Source: Omnitrophica bacterium GWA2_41_15 (GTDB lineage: Bacteria > Omnitrophota > Gorgyraeia > Gygaellales > UBA12090). Taken from it: a DNA stretch of 64,000 nt. This document shows positions 28,253-38,157 of the stretch, piece by piece. The first letter of the stretch is position 1; every line of letters begins with the position of its first letter. Below the pieces are notes generated by a model. That model did no database searches, was not told the DNA's origin, and worked only from the letters and a program-made list of their open reading frames with translations. The position numbers and the translations under genes were made by a program. The stretch spans positions 42,810 to 106,809 of the forward strand of contig CAKKRH010000006.1 of the NCBI GenBank assembly GCA_919902675.1. Reading direction: 5' to 3'.

Positions 28253-30247
28253 TCACTTGCAATCCCGCGGACAGACGCCTTTCTCTTTCTCAATTGGACC
28301 ACATATCCCATCTCCGCATTTACCTGTTGTTATTCTGCCTCCTGAGGACTGTTGGATCTTGACCTTGCCACACATTTGCTGTTCTATACCATCAATCTTC
28401 CCATCCCTGTTTAAATCACAATCTGTTTCGCCTGATAAAGACCGCGTTTTTCCGCTATCTTGCGATGGCGTTCCAGGGCCGGATAAAACCGACCCCGCGC
28501 TCAAGCTATATTTTTTTACGGTTCCAGACAGGAAATCAGCCACATAAAATACATTATTATTAAAGTCGAAAGATGTGTTTATTATTTCTCCCAAGCCGTC
28601 AATCTGCCACTCTTTACTATAAGCATCATTCACATATTCGTAGATTTTAAGCGTTCTTTTAAATTTTGGTATTGATTGCATAAGTTCGCTCGAATATACC
28701 GCATTATTTTTGTTGTTAAAAGCCGCGATCTTTTCTCCTTTTTGAACGCTTCCGATTTCGTTTAGGGTGTTCAAATCAAATATCTTATTTGACAGATACA
28801 ACCTGCTTTTATCGCTGTTTATTCTCATTAACAATTCCCCGTTGCGGGATATTGCTGTCGCTGTTTCATTTTCTTTTGAGAGACTATCTCCATTAAATAC
28901 CAATAATTTGCCGAAAAAATAAACATACAATTTCCCGCTTTTTTCATCTACCGCAAGATTTATTTGACCGGGACCGGCGTTCGCGGCTTTATCAAAACCA
29001 TATTTTGTCAAATCAATTGTTCCTATCACCTTATTACTTATCCCGTCAGCAACCTCTACAACTCCTAATTCCGGCCAAACGCAAAATATCTTATCTCTTC
29101 TTTTATCCACCACCATTGCCGATATGGAATCAGTTCTCGGCTTTAAAGGCATCGTAAATTTTATTTTGTTTATAACTTTATTAGTCGCCGTATCTATGAC
29201 ATCTATCAACGCTCCATAGTGGCTCAAAACATACAACCTCTTTTCATCTTTGCTTAATTCCATATCAGTCGGCCACATTCCCAAAGCCATGCCGGACCAA
29301 TTATCATTCCAGATTGCCGCGTTTTTTGAAACATTTTTTTCGTTATCAATAACAACAAAATCTTCCGCTAACGGATTATATTTATATATCGTGCTGCCGC
29401 CAAGCCGATTTCTGACATACATAGTGCCGGATGAATCCACTATCACTTCATCAGCCGAATTTCCAATATCTATGTCTTTTATCCAGCAACTGTTTCTTTC
29501 GCAATAATTAGTGTCCTCAAGTTTATTTAAATCAAAAACAGAAATAGAACCATCGCCGGTGTTGGTGGTATAAAGTTTGCTGGTTTTATAATCTATCGTG
29601 AAATACAAAGCGTCCGGGCCATGGACTATCTCGCCTTTTTTGTTATTTGACGAATCGTAGATCTCAATCACGCCATAAGCGCCATTTAAATCCTGGCTCC
29701 AATCAACAGGAAAACCGGAAGAACCCGCGGCCCCGTAGCCGGTTTCTTTGAAATAATAATTTCCCCACTTCTTTGGCCTGCCCTTATCGTGCGGCACTAA
29801 ATTCTCACAGATTGTTTTATCTACCTGCGCGGCTTTTCTCTGAACAGGATCAATTAAATAACATCTTCCGATACTAAAATCATAAGAATAAAGAGTTTTA
29901 TCGCTAAAAATCAAAAAACCTCCCGGAGCGCCAATGTCAAATACATCCGCCAATTCATCATTGTCCAAATCAATTACCCCGGCATAGGTTGTTTTTGAGC
30001 CCACCACATAGAGTTTCCTGTCGGCCTCATCAATAACGGGATTGAACAGTTTTAGAATATCGCCGAAATTCTTACCGCTGGTGAGTTGATGAAAATTAAT
30101 TTCATCGCAAACTTCATCGCCGCATTTGCCTGCCTGGGATTGAGCAAAGGCAGATTCCTTAAAAATAGGACATACGCCCATGCCGACAACAATTATTGAA
30201 GTAATTAGTTTGTGCAGGGCAGACATCTTAACAGCCTTTCTCTTCAT
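28253..30247 (-). CDS. Secreted YVTN-type beta-propeller protein with terminal KCGD(G/E)xC motifs and a Ca-binding-like loop
   Basis: Signal peptide from MKRKAVKMSALHKL. YVTN-like repeats (KLYVVGS.., RLYVLSHYGALIDVIDTATNKV). C-terminus DLNRDGKIDGIE and GKCGDGICGPIEKEKGVCPRDC. Confidence 0.55.
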   Translation of the reverse strand: MKRKAVKMSALHKLITSIIVVGMGVCPIFKESAFAQSQAGKCGDEVCDEINFHQLTSGKNFGDILKLFNPVIDEADRKLYVVGSKTTYAGVIDLDNDELADVFDIGAPGGFLIFSDKTLYSYDFSIGRCYLIDPVQRKAAQVDKTICENLVPHDKGRPKKWGNYYFKETGYGAAGSSGFPVDWSQDLNGAYGVIEIYDSSNNKKGEIVHGPDALYFTIDYKTSKLYTTNTGDGSISVFDLNKLEDTNYCERNSCWIKDIDIGNSADEVIVDSSGTMYVRNRLGGSTIYKYNPLAEDFVVIDNEKNVSKNAAIWNDNWSGMALGMWPTDMELSKDEKRLYVLSHYGALIDVIDTATNKVINKIKFTMPLKPRTDSISAMVVDKRRDKIFCVWPELGVVEVADGISNKVIGTIDLTKYGFDKAANAGPGQINLAVDEKSGKLYVYFFGKLLVFNGDSLSKENETATAISRNGELLMRINSDKSRLYLSNKIFDLNTLNEIGSVQKGEKIAAFNNKNNAVYSSELMQSIPKFKRTLKIYEYVNDAYSKEWQIDGLGEIINTSFDFNNNVFYVADFLSGTVKKYSLSAGSVLSGPGTPSQDSGKTRSLSGETDCDLNRDGKIDGIEQQMCGKVKIQQSSGGRITTGKCGDGICGPIEKEKGVCPRDCK

Positions 30248-30351
30248 TCTGTAACATCCCTCACAGAACCGAACTTGCGGATTGACCGGATTCGGCTCTT
30301 CAGTAACGCGTAAGCCCAAAAAAAGTCAAATGCCCCTATCTTCAGCGGCAC

Positions 30352-30846
30352 TCATGTTAATTCCAGGGAATTAATTACTTCAAAATCTTCCAAGGCCTGC
30401 ATATTCAGAATAATATGAAAATCTTCGGCTAAATCTAATTCCTTAAGCATCTGAATATCCTGCCCTTGAGTCATAACCGTCAGGCGCTGGATGTCGGAAC
30501 GAAAGAATAAACCCGCGAAATAAATACCCGCGATTAAAACCGTGAAAAATGAAGCCAGGGCCGGAACAAGGATAGGGCGAAAACGGGGGAAAACAAAAAT
30601 TGGTTTCCTTAATAAAAGAGGCTCTTCCTCTTGAGATATTCTTTGCCAGAAAACAGCTTTAAAGTTTGGTGAAGGAAAAACATTATCCCATTTGCCAAGC
30701 AAATCCCAGGATTCCTCCAAAAGCTTTAATTCCCGGGAACAGATTAAACAACCCTTCATATGGGTTTTTACCGCGGCGGAGTTATTTTCGCCTAATTGCC
30801 CATCCAGAAATAAGGGCAGAAAATGTTTAACCTTTTTGCATCTCAT
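30352..30846 (-). CDS. Anti-sigma factor, zf-HC2 type, single TM
   Basis: N-terminal region HMKGCLICSRELKLLEESW followed by a central TM segment. It lies directly downstream of the ECF sigma gene. Confidence 0.7.
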   Translation of the reverse strand: MRCKKVKHFLPLFLDGQLGENNSAAVKTHMKGCLICSRELKLLEESWDLLGKWDNVFPSPNFKAVFWQRISQEEEPLLLRKPIFVFPRFRPILVPALASFFTVLIAGIYFAGLFFRSDIQRLTVMTQGQDIQMLKELDLAEDFHIILNMQALEDFEVINSLELT

Positions 30847-30879
30847 TTTCGGGTTCCTCTACTATTATAAACACTCATC

Positions 30880-31548
30880 TTATAAGAAAGTTTCGTTTTG
30901 TTCTTGAGAATAAGAAGAAAGTTTTTCTTTTAAGGCTGTTTTTGCCCGGCTTAAAAGCGATTTTACGGCGGAAACAGAACAACCGATAATTCTAGCAATC
31001 TCCTCATAAGAAAAATTTTCATATCTTCGCAATATTACCGCTGTCTTTTGATTGTCCGGCAGGCTGTCAATCGCCCTTTTGACCGCGTTAATCAAATCCT
31101 GCTTCTCCAGCGCCCCGGACGCCGAGAGCTTGCTGTTATCGGCTATCTGCCTCGACAAATCACCATCTTCACCCGAGACCGTTTCTTCCAGCGAAGATTC
31201 CCTGTGATTGCTTCTCCTTCTTAGCTCATTTAATGCCATATTCCTGGCAATTACATAAATCCAGGTAGAAAATTTTGATTTCGGAACATAGGTCTTAGCC
31301 GAACGATAAACATTTAAAAACACATTCTGTGCCAAATCTTCAGCCTCCGCTTTATCACCTATATATCTATAGATAAAATTTATTATCTGTTCATGATATT
31401 TCTCTAAAAGCCGCTCAAACGCGGAATCATCCCCTTGTTGAAATTTAAGCATTAGCGCCGCGTCTTCGTTTAAGGCATAATCACAAACGTTATTTTCGGA
31501 CATATCCCGCGCGGGTCCTTTTAATAATTTAAATTTTCGCAGTAACAT
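30880..31548 (-). CDS. ECF (group 4) RNA polymerase sigma factor
   Basis: Region 2 (AEDLAQNVFLNVY...FSTWIYVIARN) and region 4 (LPDNQKTAVILRRYENFSYEEIARIIGCSVSAVKSLLSRA). The start may be M16 (31503). Confidence 0.85.
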   Translation of the reverse strand: MLLRKFKLLKGPARDMSENNVCDYALNEDAALMLKFQQGDDSAFERLLEKYHEQIINFIYRYIGDKAEAEDLAQNVFLNVYRSAKTYVPKSKFSTWIYVIARNMALNELRRRSNHRESSLEETVSGEDGDLSRQIADNSKLSASGALEKQDLINAVKRAIDSLPDNQKTAVILRRYENFSYEEIARIIGCSVSAVKSLLSRAKTALKEKLSSYSQEQNETFL

Positions 31549-31648
31549 TCTTCTTTAGTGGTATAAATATGAATTTGCTTATCACGTTTGCGCCTTCCTT
31601 TTTTCTATAAATATGACTATAAAATGTATACTTTTAAACTTTGGCTTT

Positions 31649-31736
31649 ATGCTCTCATTTTGAAGATGTTTAAAATCAATAAGTTATGTTATAATTATTA
31701 TACTACAAAATTTTTGGGAATAAAACCGGAAGTTTT
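31649..31736 (+). repeat. 88-bp perfect direct repeat, copy 2
   Basis: Identical to 24324-24411. Confidence 0.9.
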
Positions 31737-31745
31737 TGCGTCTAA
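31687..31745 (+). promoter_or_regulatory. Candidate tandem promoters for the ECF sigma gene at 31767
   Basis: The first is an extended -10, TGtTATAAT (31687-95). The second is an ECF-type promoter: GGAAT (31717-21), a 17-nt spacer, then CGTCTAA (31739-45). Confidence 0.45.
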
Positions 31746-31766
31746 TCTAATAGAAGGGCGAAAAAT

Positions 31767-32309
31767 ATGCCAGAAGACTTAGAATTAATTAACCGATTTT
31801 TAAGCGGCGATATGGAGGCCTTTGAGATGCTGGTAAAGAAATACCAAAACCGGGTGATAAATACGGCTTATTCTTTGGCGGGGAATGTAAGCGATGCCGA
31901 GGATATAGCCCAGGATACCTTCTTAAAGATCTATCACGGTTTAAACAGCTTTAAAGCCCAGGCCAAATTCTCCAGCTGGCTCTACAGAATCACGGTTAAT
32001 ACCGCCTACGATTTCCTGCGGGCTCAAAAACATAAAACCGAATCTCTGGAGGAAGCCGACTGCGAAAATATCCGGGCTAAAGAAAATAACCCTGATCTTC
32101 TAACCCGGGAACTGATTCAAGGCGCGCTGGGAGAAATACCTTTTGATTTTAGAAGCGTCCTTACCTTAAGGGAGCTTAATGGCCTCTCCTATGAAGAAAT
32201 ATCCCAGGCCTTAAAGATAAATATCGGCACGGTAGAATCCCGGCTTTTTCGAGCCAGAAGAATATTAAAAGGCATCCTCACCAGAAAAGGAGCCCTGAAA
32301 AATGTGTAA
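31767..32309 (+). CDS. ECF RNA polymerase sigma factor
   Basis: Region 2 (AEDIAQDTFLKIY...FSSWLYRITVNTAYD) and region 4 (LRELNGLSYEEISQALKINIGTVESRLFRAR). Confidence 0.9.
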   Translation: MPEDLELINRFLSGDMEAFEMLVKKYQNRVINTAYSLAGNVSDAEDIAQDTFLKIYHGLNSFKAQAKFSSWLYRITVNTAYDFLRAQKHKTESLEEADCENIRAKENNPDLLTRELIQGALGEIPFDFRSVLTLRELNGLSYEEISQALKINIGTVESRLFRARRILKGILTRKGALKNV

Positions 32310-32748
32310 ATACGCGAAGTTGTTAAACCGCTATATTGATAATGAGCTCCCTCGAGCGAAAAAAGAATTTATGGACACGCACATCATTTCTTGTCCGGCC
32401 TGCGGACAAGAAATGAAATTTCTTAATTCCTTGAGACAAAATATCAGCCAGAACAAGATTGACACAAACGCTGACTTCTTCTTAAACAGGCTTAAAGGCC
32501 GTATCCAGCAGGAAGAAAAGGCGAAAAATCTCTCTGAGAATTTTGTCTTTGATTTCGGCAAGTGGACCAGAAAACTCATCCCGGTTCCGGTCTTAGCCAG
32601 CATTCTGATAATTATTTTCTTAAATTTAAACCAAAATAGTTACACTAATCCCGTTGACGAATATCTATTTACCAACCAGAACAGCAATGTCTTGGCTCTT
32701 ATTGATACGGCCGGCCAACAGTCAGAGTTAGGATTATTGTTGTATTAA
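32302..32748 (+). CDS. Anti-sigma factor, zf-HC2 type
   Basis: HIISCPACGQEMKFL motif plus one TM segment. It overlaps the sigma gene stop. Confidence 0.7.
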   Translation: MCKYAKLLNRYIDNELPRAKKEFMDTHIISCPACGQEMKFLNSLRQNISQNKIDTNADFFLNRLKGRIQQEEKAKNLSENFVFDFGKWTRKLIPVPVLASILIIIFLNLNQNSYTNPVDEYLFTNQNSNVLALIDTAGQQSELGLLLY

Positions 32749-32761
32749 CAGGAGGAGAAAA

Positions 32762-33298
32762 ATGAAAAAGACAATCGTGTACGCGGTGGTTCTTTCGGTA
32801 GTATCCATAGTGATGGGAATTGTGGCGGGAGTGGCCATAGAGCGGGGAAATACTATAAAATACCTGAGCCAGCTGGGGCGGCCTCCCCTGCCATCGGAAA
32901 AAGAACTCAAACAGCGCAAAACGCAAAAACCTCAAGACATCTTTAGGCGCATTGCCGAAGAATTAAGCCTAAACGAAGAACAAAAGAAAACAATAAAACA
33001 GATATTAGATGAAGCGCGCGAAAGACTCAAACAAACAGGCGAAAGGTCTCGTGAAGAGATAAAGGCCATCCGCGAAGAAACTAATATCAAAATCTTAAAA
33101 ATACTCTCTCCTGAACAACAGGATAAATTTAAGATAATCCTCACCCAGGACCAAGAGCAACATTCAAAACTGATGCGCAAACTGCAGAAATTCGGCCAGA
33201 GGCAGGGCTTTCCTGAAGGACACGGACCGGCAGGAACCCCTAATGAGCCACCGCCTGGGCCTGGAGAAGAATTGCCGGAGCCGCCGGAAGCTTTTTAA
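32762..33298 (+). CDS. Periplasmic Spy/CpxP-like (LTXXQ-type) protein
   Basis: TM/signal N-terminus. LSLNEEQKKTIKQIL and LSPEQQDKFKIIL motifs. Pro-rich tail. Confidence 0.55.
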   Translation: MKKTIVYAVVLSVVSIVMGIVAGVAIERGNTIKYLSQLGRPPLPSEKELKQRKTQKPQDIFRRIAEELSLNEEQKKTIKQILDEARERLKQTGERSREEIKAIREETNIKILKILSPEQQDKFKIILTQDQEQHSKLMRKLQKFGQRQGFPEGHGPAGTPNEPPPGPGEELPEPPEAF

Positions 33299-33311
33299 AC
33301 TTACGCTATAC

Positions 33312-33347
33312 AAAAAGGGAAGGCCTCTAAAAAAGCCTTCCCTTTTT
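33312..33347. terminator. Bidirectional rho-independent terminator between convergent genes
   Basis: Sequence aaaaagggaaggc-ctctaaaaaa-gccttcccttttt. Confidence 0.75.
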
Positions 33348-33360
33348 CAATTTCCCGCTC

Positions 33361-34386
33361 TTACTTAAGATATTTCGCCCGCAGTTGGCCGCAGGCTCCG
33401 TCTATGTCTTTTCCCCGCGACTTTCTCAAGGTAACTACGATTCCTTTTTTCCGCAATAACCAGACAAAAAACTCGATCTCTCTCTCCTCGGCAGGCTGAT
33501 AGGGGAATTCCTTTACCGGATTATAGACTAAAAGATTAACCTTACATTCCCAGTCACTCATGAGTTTGACTAAATTATCCGCCGCCTCCTTTGAACAGTT
33601 CAGGCCTTTAATCAAGGCATACTCAAAAGTTACCTGGCGCTTAGTCAGGGCGGCATAGTCCTTGCAGGCGATAATCAAATCCTCCAAAGGATATTTCTTA
33701 TTTACCGGCATAAGCCGGGTGCGGGTTTTATCATCGGATGCGTGCAGAGAAACCGACAGCTCTATCTGCAGGCCCTCGGCGGAAAGCCTTTTAATCCCCG
33801 GAATTATCCCACAGGTAGAAATGGTTATCCGGCGCGCCCCGATATTGAAGCCTTGCGGGGCATTAATTATCCTGATTGCCTTTAAGACATTCTCATAATT
33901 ATCCAAAGGCTCGCCTATCCCCATAAAGACAACATTAGTAAGCGCTGAATTCTTTAACGTGTAACATATTTCTAAAAGCTGACCGGTTATTTCGCCGGTC
34001 CGGAGATTTCTTTTAAATCCGGCTATGCCGCTGGCGCAGAAACCGCAGGAGAATGGACAGCCGGCCTGCGAGGAAAGACAGGCGGTCAGGCGCTCCTTAA
34101 CCGGAATAAGCACGGATTCAATAAGATTGCCGTCTTCTAAAGCAAAAAGGAATTTCTTAGTTGCGTCGCTTGATTCCTGAAGCCTGTCTAATTTTAGTCT
34201 ATTCAGGGAAAAATTATCTTTCAGCTTTTTTCTTAATTCCAGGGAAAGATTGCTCATCAAATCAAAAGAATCTACTCTTTTCTGATACAACCAGGAAAAA
34301 GTCTGCTTCGCCCGATAGGCGGTCTCGCCCCAGCCATTGAATATCACGTCAAACTCATCCAAAGAATAATTTCTTATATCTTTCAC
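33361..34386 (-). CDS. rlmN: 23S rRNA/tRNA (adenine-C2)-methyltransferase RlmN (radical SAM)
   Basis: 341 aa. Contains CPFSCGFCASG, and GIGEPLDN with the C-terminal GACGQL. Confidence 0.9.
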   Translation of the reverse strand: MKDIRNYSLDEFDVIFNGWGETAYRAKQTFSWLYQKRVDSFDLMSNLSLELRKKLKDNFSLNRLKLDRLQESSDATKKFLFALEDGNLIESVLIPVKERLTACLSSQAGCPFSCGFCASGIAGFKRNLRTGEITGQLLEICYTLKNSALTNVVFMGIGEPLDNYENVLKAIRIINAPQGFNIGARRITISTCGIIPGIKRLSAEGLQIELSVSLHASDDKTRTRLMPVNKKYPLEDLIIACKDYAALTKRQVTFEYALIKGLNCSKEAADNLVKLMSDWECKVNLLVYNPVKEFPYQPAEEREIEFFVWLLRKKGIVVTLRKSRGKDIDGACGQLRAKYLK

Positions 34387-34458
34387 CCCGCCCTTCCCTT
34401 CTAATCATCCCGCTCTTCATTTATTATGCTTAGTTTACATTTTCAGGAAGGGCGGGGT

Positions 34459-35727
34459 TCATTGTAATACCATTTCTTTTAAAATGCCCCTTAAGCCTAT
34501 TTTCTTGACTTGAGGGCGCACCTCTTTTATCTTCGAAATAAATATACCCATCATCAAAAAGCGTAAGACCGCCGATACGACAAATAAGGAAATGAGCTTG
34601 TATCCAAAAAGCTGAGGCAAATGAGCGGCCAGGTATCCTCCCGCGAGCGCTCCTAAGCTGATGCCTAATCCGTTAATGACGTTAAGATAAGAGTGACAGC
34701 GGGTGCGCTTGGGCGAAGTGACGCTGTCAAAGATAAAATTCACCGCGCAGAGATTAAAACCGCTCCAGGCAAATCCTCCCAATGCCTGGACAAAAATTAG
34801 ATATACGGGATGATGGCCAAACACCCAGAATAAAGGCAGGCTGGCGATAATAAAAGCGGTAAATTTTAAAACCTTAATATTGCCGATATGATCCGAGAGC
34901 TTTCCCCAGCGGTTGATAAACATCAGAGTGGTCAATATCACCGGAATCATTACTATGGTATAGGTTAAATAGGCAAATTTGAGGTCGCGCAGCATAAATA
35001 CGGCGAAAAACGGCGAGGCCAGGTTAACCGAAAAATTAAAACAGGCCACAAAAAAGACAAACTTGACAAAATTACTCTGTCTGGCCCTCCTGATAAAATC
35101 TAAAAAAGTAAACTTGCTTTCCGCGTGATAATGAAATTTAGGCTCATACATCCGGGTAAGGAAATACCAGGAAATAAATCTGCTGGAGAGGGCTAAAGTA
35201 AGAATTATCCAGAAACCGAATAAGACTTTATGTTTGTATATCTGCAGAATCAATCCTGCGCACAAGGAACACACTACGGCTACCAGGTTTAAGATTCTAT
35301 TGCGCCAGCCAAAATACCTCCCACGTTTAGTTGAAGGGATATACTCGCTCATCAGCGAGGCCCAGGGCCCCTGGCTCAAAGCGCCGAAAGCGGTAAAAAG
35401 CATGGCGAAAAAAATCAACCATAGGGCTTGATTGCTTTTAAACAAATAAGGAATAAGCAGTAAGGGTAAAGCGCTTAATGCCTGAAGATATACCGAGATT
35501 AAAATTATCCGCTTACGGCTGGAAAACCCATCCACCAGGTCCGCGCTTTTAAGCTGGATAAAGGAAGCGCAAAGATTAGGAAGTGAACTCAATAAGCCTA
35601 TCTCTTTCACCGTGGCCTTAAGGGCCAAGGCGTAAGGGGCGACGTAATCCTGGGTGAAGCCCACCATCATAAAGGCGAATATCCCGTCCCAAAAAGAATA
35701 CTTAAGGCTTTTTTTTATCTTGTTCAT
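34459..35727 (-). CDS. MFS transporter
   Basis: 422 aa with about 12 predicted hydrophobic segments. Confidence 0.7.
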   Translation of the reverse strand: MNKIKKSLKYSFWDGIFAFMMVGFTQDYVAPYALALKATVKEIGLLSSLPNLCASFIQLKSADLVDGFSSRKRIILISVYLQALSALPLLLIPYLFKSNQALWLIFFAMLFTAFGALSQGPWASLMSEYIPSTKRGRYFGWRNRILNLVAVVCSLCAGLILQIYKHKVLFGFWIILTLALSSRFISWYFLTRMYEPKFHYHAESKFTFLDFIRRARQSNFVKFVFFVACFNFSVNLASPFFAVFMLRDLKFAYLTYTIVMIPVILTTLMFINRWGKLSDHIGNIKVLKFTAFIIASLPLFWVFGHHPVYLIFVQALGGFAWSGFNLCAVNFIFDSVTSPKRTRCHSYLNVINGLGISLGALAGGYLAAHLPQLFGYKLISLFVVSAVLRFLMMGIFISKIKEVRPQVKKIGLRGILKEMVLQ

Positions 35728-35787
35728 TTAATCCAAAGTAAAAAGTGCCCTATAAAGGGCACTTTTAGACTATTAACTATTGATCTT

Positions 35788-36807
35788 TTAGGCCTCAATA
35801 ATAACTTTTATTGAATCCTTAGACTCTGCCATAATCCTAAAGCCTTCGCCTATCTGCGCTAACTTCAAACGATGGGTAATCAGCCTGTCCACCTTTACTC
35901 TTTTGGCCTTAAGCAATTCCAAAGCCTGCGCGTTATCCGCGGGGCCGGAACCATAAGAATGAATTATCTTTATCTGGTTGCGCCAGAAGTCATTCACCGG
36001 GACATTTAAGGTCTCTCCGGGTGCGGTGGGGGCGAAACAAAGTATCGTGCCGGCTCTTTCAACCGCCTGCAAGGCCTGGCTGAAAACCGATGAGGCTCCG
36101 GCGCAGACAATCACCAGGTCCGCCAAGCGGCCTTCATTAACCTTACGCAAAGCGCTAATCACATCGTCTTTGGCATTAATCACCGCGTCCGCCCCCAATT
36201 CCTTGGCCGTCTTAAGGCGGAATTCGTTGATATCAGTCACTATAATCCTACCCGCGCCCATACTTTGAGCTAAAAGAAGATGTAACAAACCAGAAATACC
36301 GCTTCCTAAAATTAATACGCTTTGTCCGGGGCCGATGTTAACCGTTCTCTGACCCCGCAGGACACAGGCCAACGGCTCAATAAATGTTCCCTCTTCAAAA
36401 GATACGCTCTCCGGCAAAAGAAAGGTCCCTCTATCCACATTTAAAGCCGGCACCTGAATATATTCGGCAAAGCCGCCGGGATAGAAATTTGTGGTATGCA
36501 GGGTTTGACAAGCAGTATGATTGCCGCTCAAGCAATAACGGCAGGTATTGCAAGGGACATGGTGGGCCACAAACACCCTATCCCCAAGCTTGTAATCTTT
36601 AGCCCCTTCCCCAAGTTCGGCAATCTCACCGCTAACTTCATGGCCTAAAACCAAAGGAGCCTTTTTAATCCGGTACCACTCCATCAGGTCACTACCGCAA
36701 ATGCCACTAGCCTTCATCTTAAGCAAAATCTCACCCGGCCCAATCTTTGGCTTAGGCATCTCTTCGGCCCGCACATCCCGATTGTTATAATACATTCCTA
36801 TTAACAT
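35788..36807 (-). CDS. Zn-dependent alcohol/polyol dehydrogenase (MDR family)
   Basis: Motifs GICGSDL and GHEVSGEI, the structural Zn Cys cluster (CNTCRYCLSGNHTAC), and the Rossmann motif GSGISG. Confidence 0.85.
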   Translation of the reverse strand: MLIGMYYNNRDVRAEEMPKPKIGPGEILLKMKASGICGSDLMEWYRIKKAPLVLGHEVSGEIAELGEGAKDYKLGDRVFVAHHVPCNTCRYCLSGNHTACQTLHTTNFYPGGFAEYIQVPALNVDRGTFLLPESVSFEEGTFIEPLACVLRGQRTVNIGPGQSVLILGSGISGLLHLLLAQSMGAGRIIVTDINEFRLKTAKELGADAVINAKDDVISALRKVNEGRLADLVIVCAGASSVFSQALQAVERAGTILCFAPTAPGETLNVPVNDFWRNQIKIIHSYGSGPADNAQALELLKAKRVKVDRLITHRLKLAQIGEGFRIMAESKDSIKVIIEA

Positions 36808-36908
36808 ACTTTAAACTCAAAAATAAAAAGGAAAAAGTAAAAACCACAAGTAAAAAATAAAAACTTTTGCCTTTTGACTCATGGTTTTACCTTTTTCGTT
36901 TTTCCTTT

Positions 36909-37706
36909 TTACTTTTCTCCTTTATTCTTCACCTCATTAAATATCCCACACGCCTCTTTCACATCAGCCTTTTTATGGATAATCGCCTGCAAGGCCCTGG
37001 CCATTGCCACAGGATATTTGCTCTGCCAGATATTCCTCCCTAAATTTACCCCTATCGCCCCTTTTTGCATCCCATCGTAGACAAATTCAAAAACCTGCTT
37101 TTCGGTTTCGCATTTTGGGCCTCCGGCAATCACTACCGGCACCGGGCAGCCTTTAACTACTTTATCAAAATCTTCACACCAATAAGTCTTGACTATCCTG
37201 GCTCCCAATTCCGCCGTAATCCGACAGCAGAGGCCCAAATAGCGGGCATCACGTTTTTCCAATTCCCGGCCCACCGCGGTAACCGCCATTACCGGGATGC
37301 CATAATTCTCACATTCATTGACTAACTTTGAAAGATTCATAAGCGTCTGCTGTTCATACTCACTGCCGATAAAAACCGATACCCCTACTGCCTGGACATT
37401 TAAACGGATAATTTCTTCTATTGAGGTGGTAATTCCCTCATTGGCCAAATCCTTTCCGATCATACTGGTCCCGCCGGAAACGCGTAAAATAATCGGCTTG
37501 GTATGCGCCGGGTCAATTGCCGCGCGCAGGACCCCGCGGGTAACAAATAAGGCATCGTAATAATCAAAAAGCGGCCTGATGGTTTCCGCGGGTTTTTCTA
37601 AACCACTGGTCGGCCCCTGAAAATACCCGTGGTCAATAGGCATAAAAAAGCACTTCCCGTCCGCCGGGATCACCTGCGCCAAACGATTCTTCATCCCCCA
37701 ATTCAT
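36909..37706 (-). CDS. Class I aldolase, DhnA/FbaB/LsrF family
   Basis: The stretch FFMPIDHGYFQGP...ILRVSGGTS...VVIAGGPK resembles this family. The specific substrate is not assignable from sequence. Confidence 0.65.
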   Translation of the reverse strand: MNWGMKNRLAQVIPADGKCFFMPIDHGYFQGPTSGLEKPAETIRPLFDYYDALFVTRGVLRAAIDPAHTKPIILRVSGGTSMIGKDLANEGITTSIEEIIRLNVQAVGVSVFIGSEYEQQTLMNLSKLVNECENYGIPVMAVTAVGRELEKRDARYLGLCCRITAELGARIVKTYWCEDFDKVVKGCPVPVVIAGGPKCETEKQVFEFVYDGMQKGAIGVNLGRNIWQSKYPVAMARALQAIIHKKADVKEACGIFNEVKNKGEK

Positions 37707-37737
37707 AGTTTCCTCCCTTATAGATAATAACAAAAGA

Positions 37738-38157
37738 CTACTTGCGGGTTTTATATGGCAAACTGAATATTTTTATATACTTTGAGATAACTTCCAACTC
37801 GGGATCTTTATGAACCAGCACCGCGGCCATATCTATTGCCGTGGCGGCAACAAAAGCATCGGCCAGAGAAATTCTATGAAGAGCCTTGAGCCTTCCGGCT
37901 GATAAAGTAATCCGCTCATTTGAATCAATAATTTGAATAGGCAAGGATTTTACCAGAACAACTAATTCCTTAGCCGCATCTTCGCTCTTTTCCTGCCAGC
38001 TGATATAATATATCTCGGCCAGACTGGCAAAAGATAAATAAATCTGACATTTATTTTTATGCCCTAAACGCAGGATATCCTCAATTTTATCTTGCCCATC
38101 TTCTTCCTCAATATAAGTAAATATAGCTGAGGTATCCAACACATAGGCCTTATCCAC
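37738..38157 (-). CDS. vapC: PIN-domain toxin VapC
   Basis: 139 aa. N-terminal YVLDTSAI and C-terminal acidic residues typical of PIN domains. It overlaps the antitoxin gene. Confidence 0.75.
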   Translation of the reverse strand: MDKAYVLDTSAIFTYIEEEDGQDKIEDILRLGHKNKCQIYLSFASLAEIYYISWQEKSEDAAKELVVLVKSLPIQIIDSNERITLSAGRLKALHRISLADAFVAATAIDMAAVLVHKDPELEVISKYIKIFSLPYKTRK

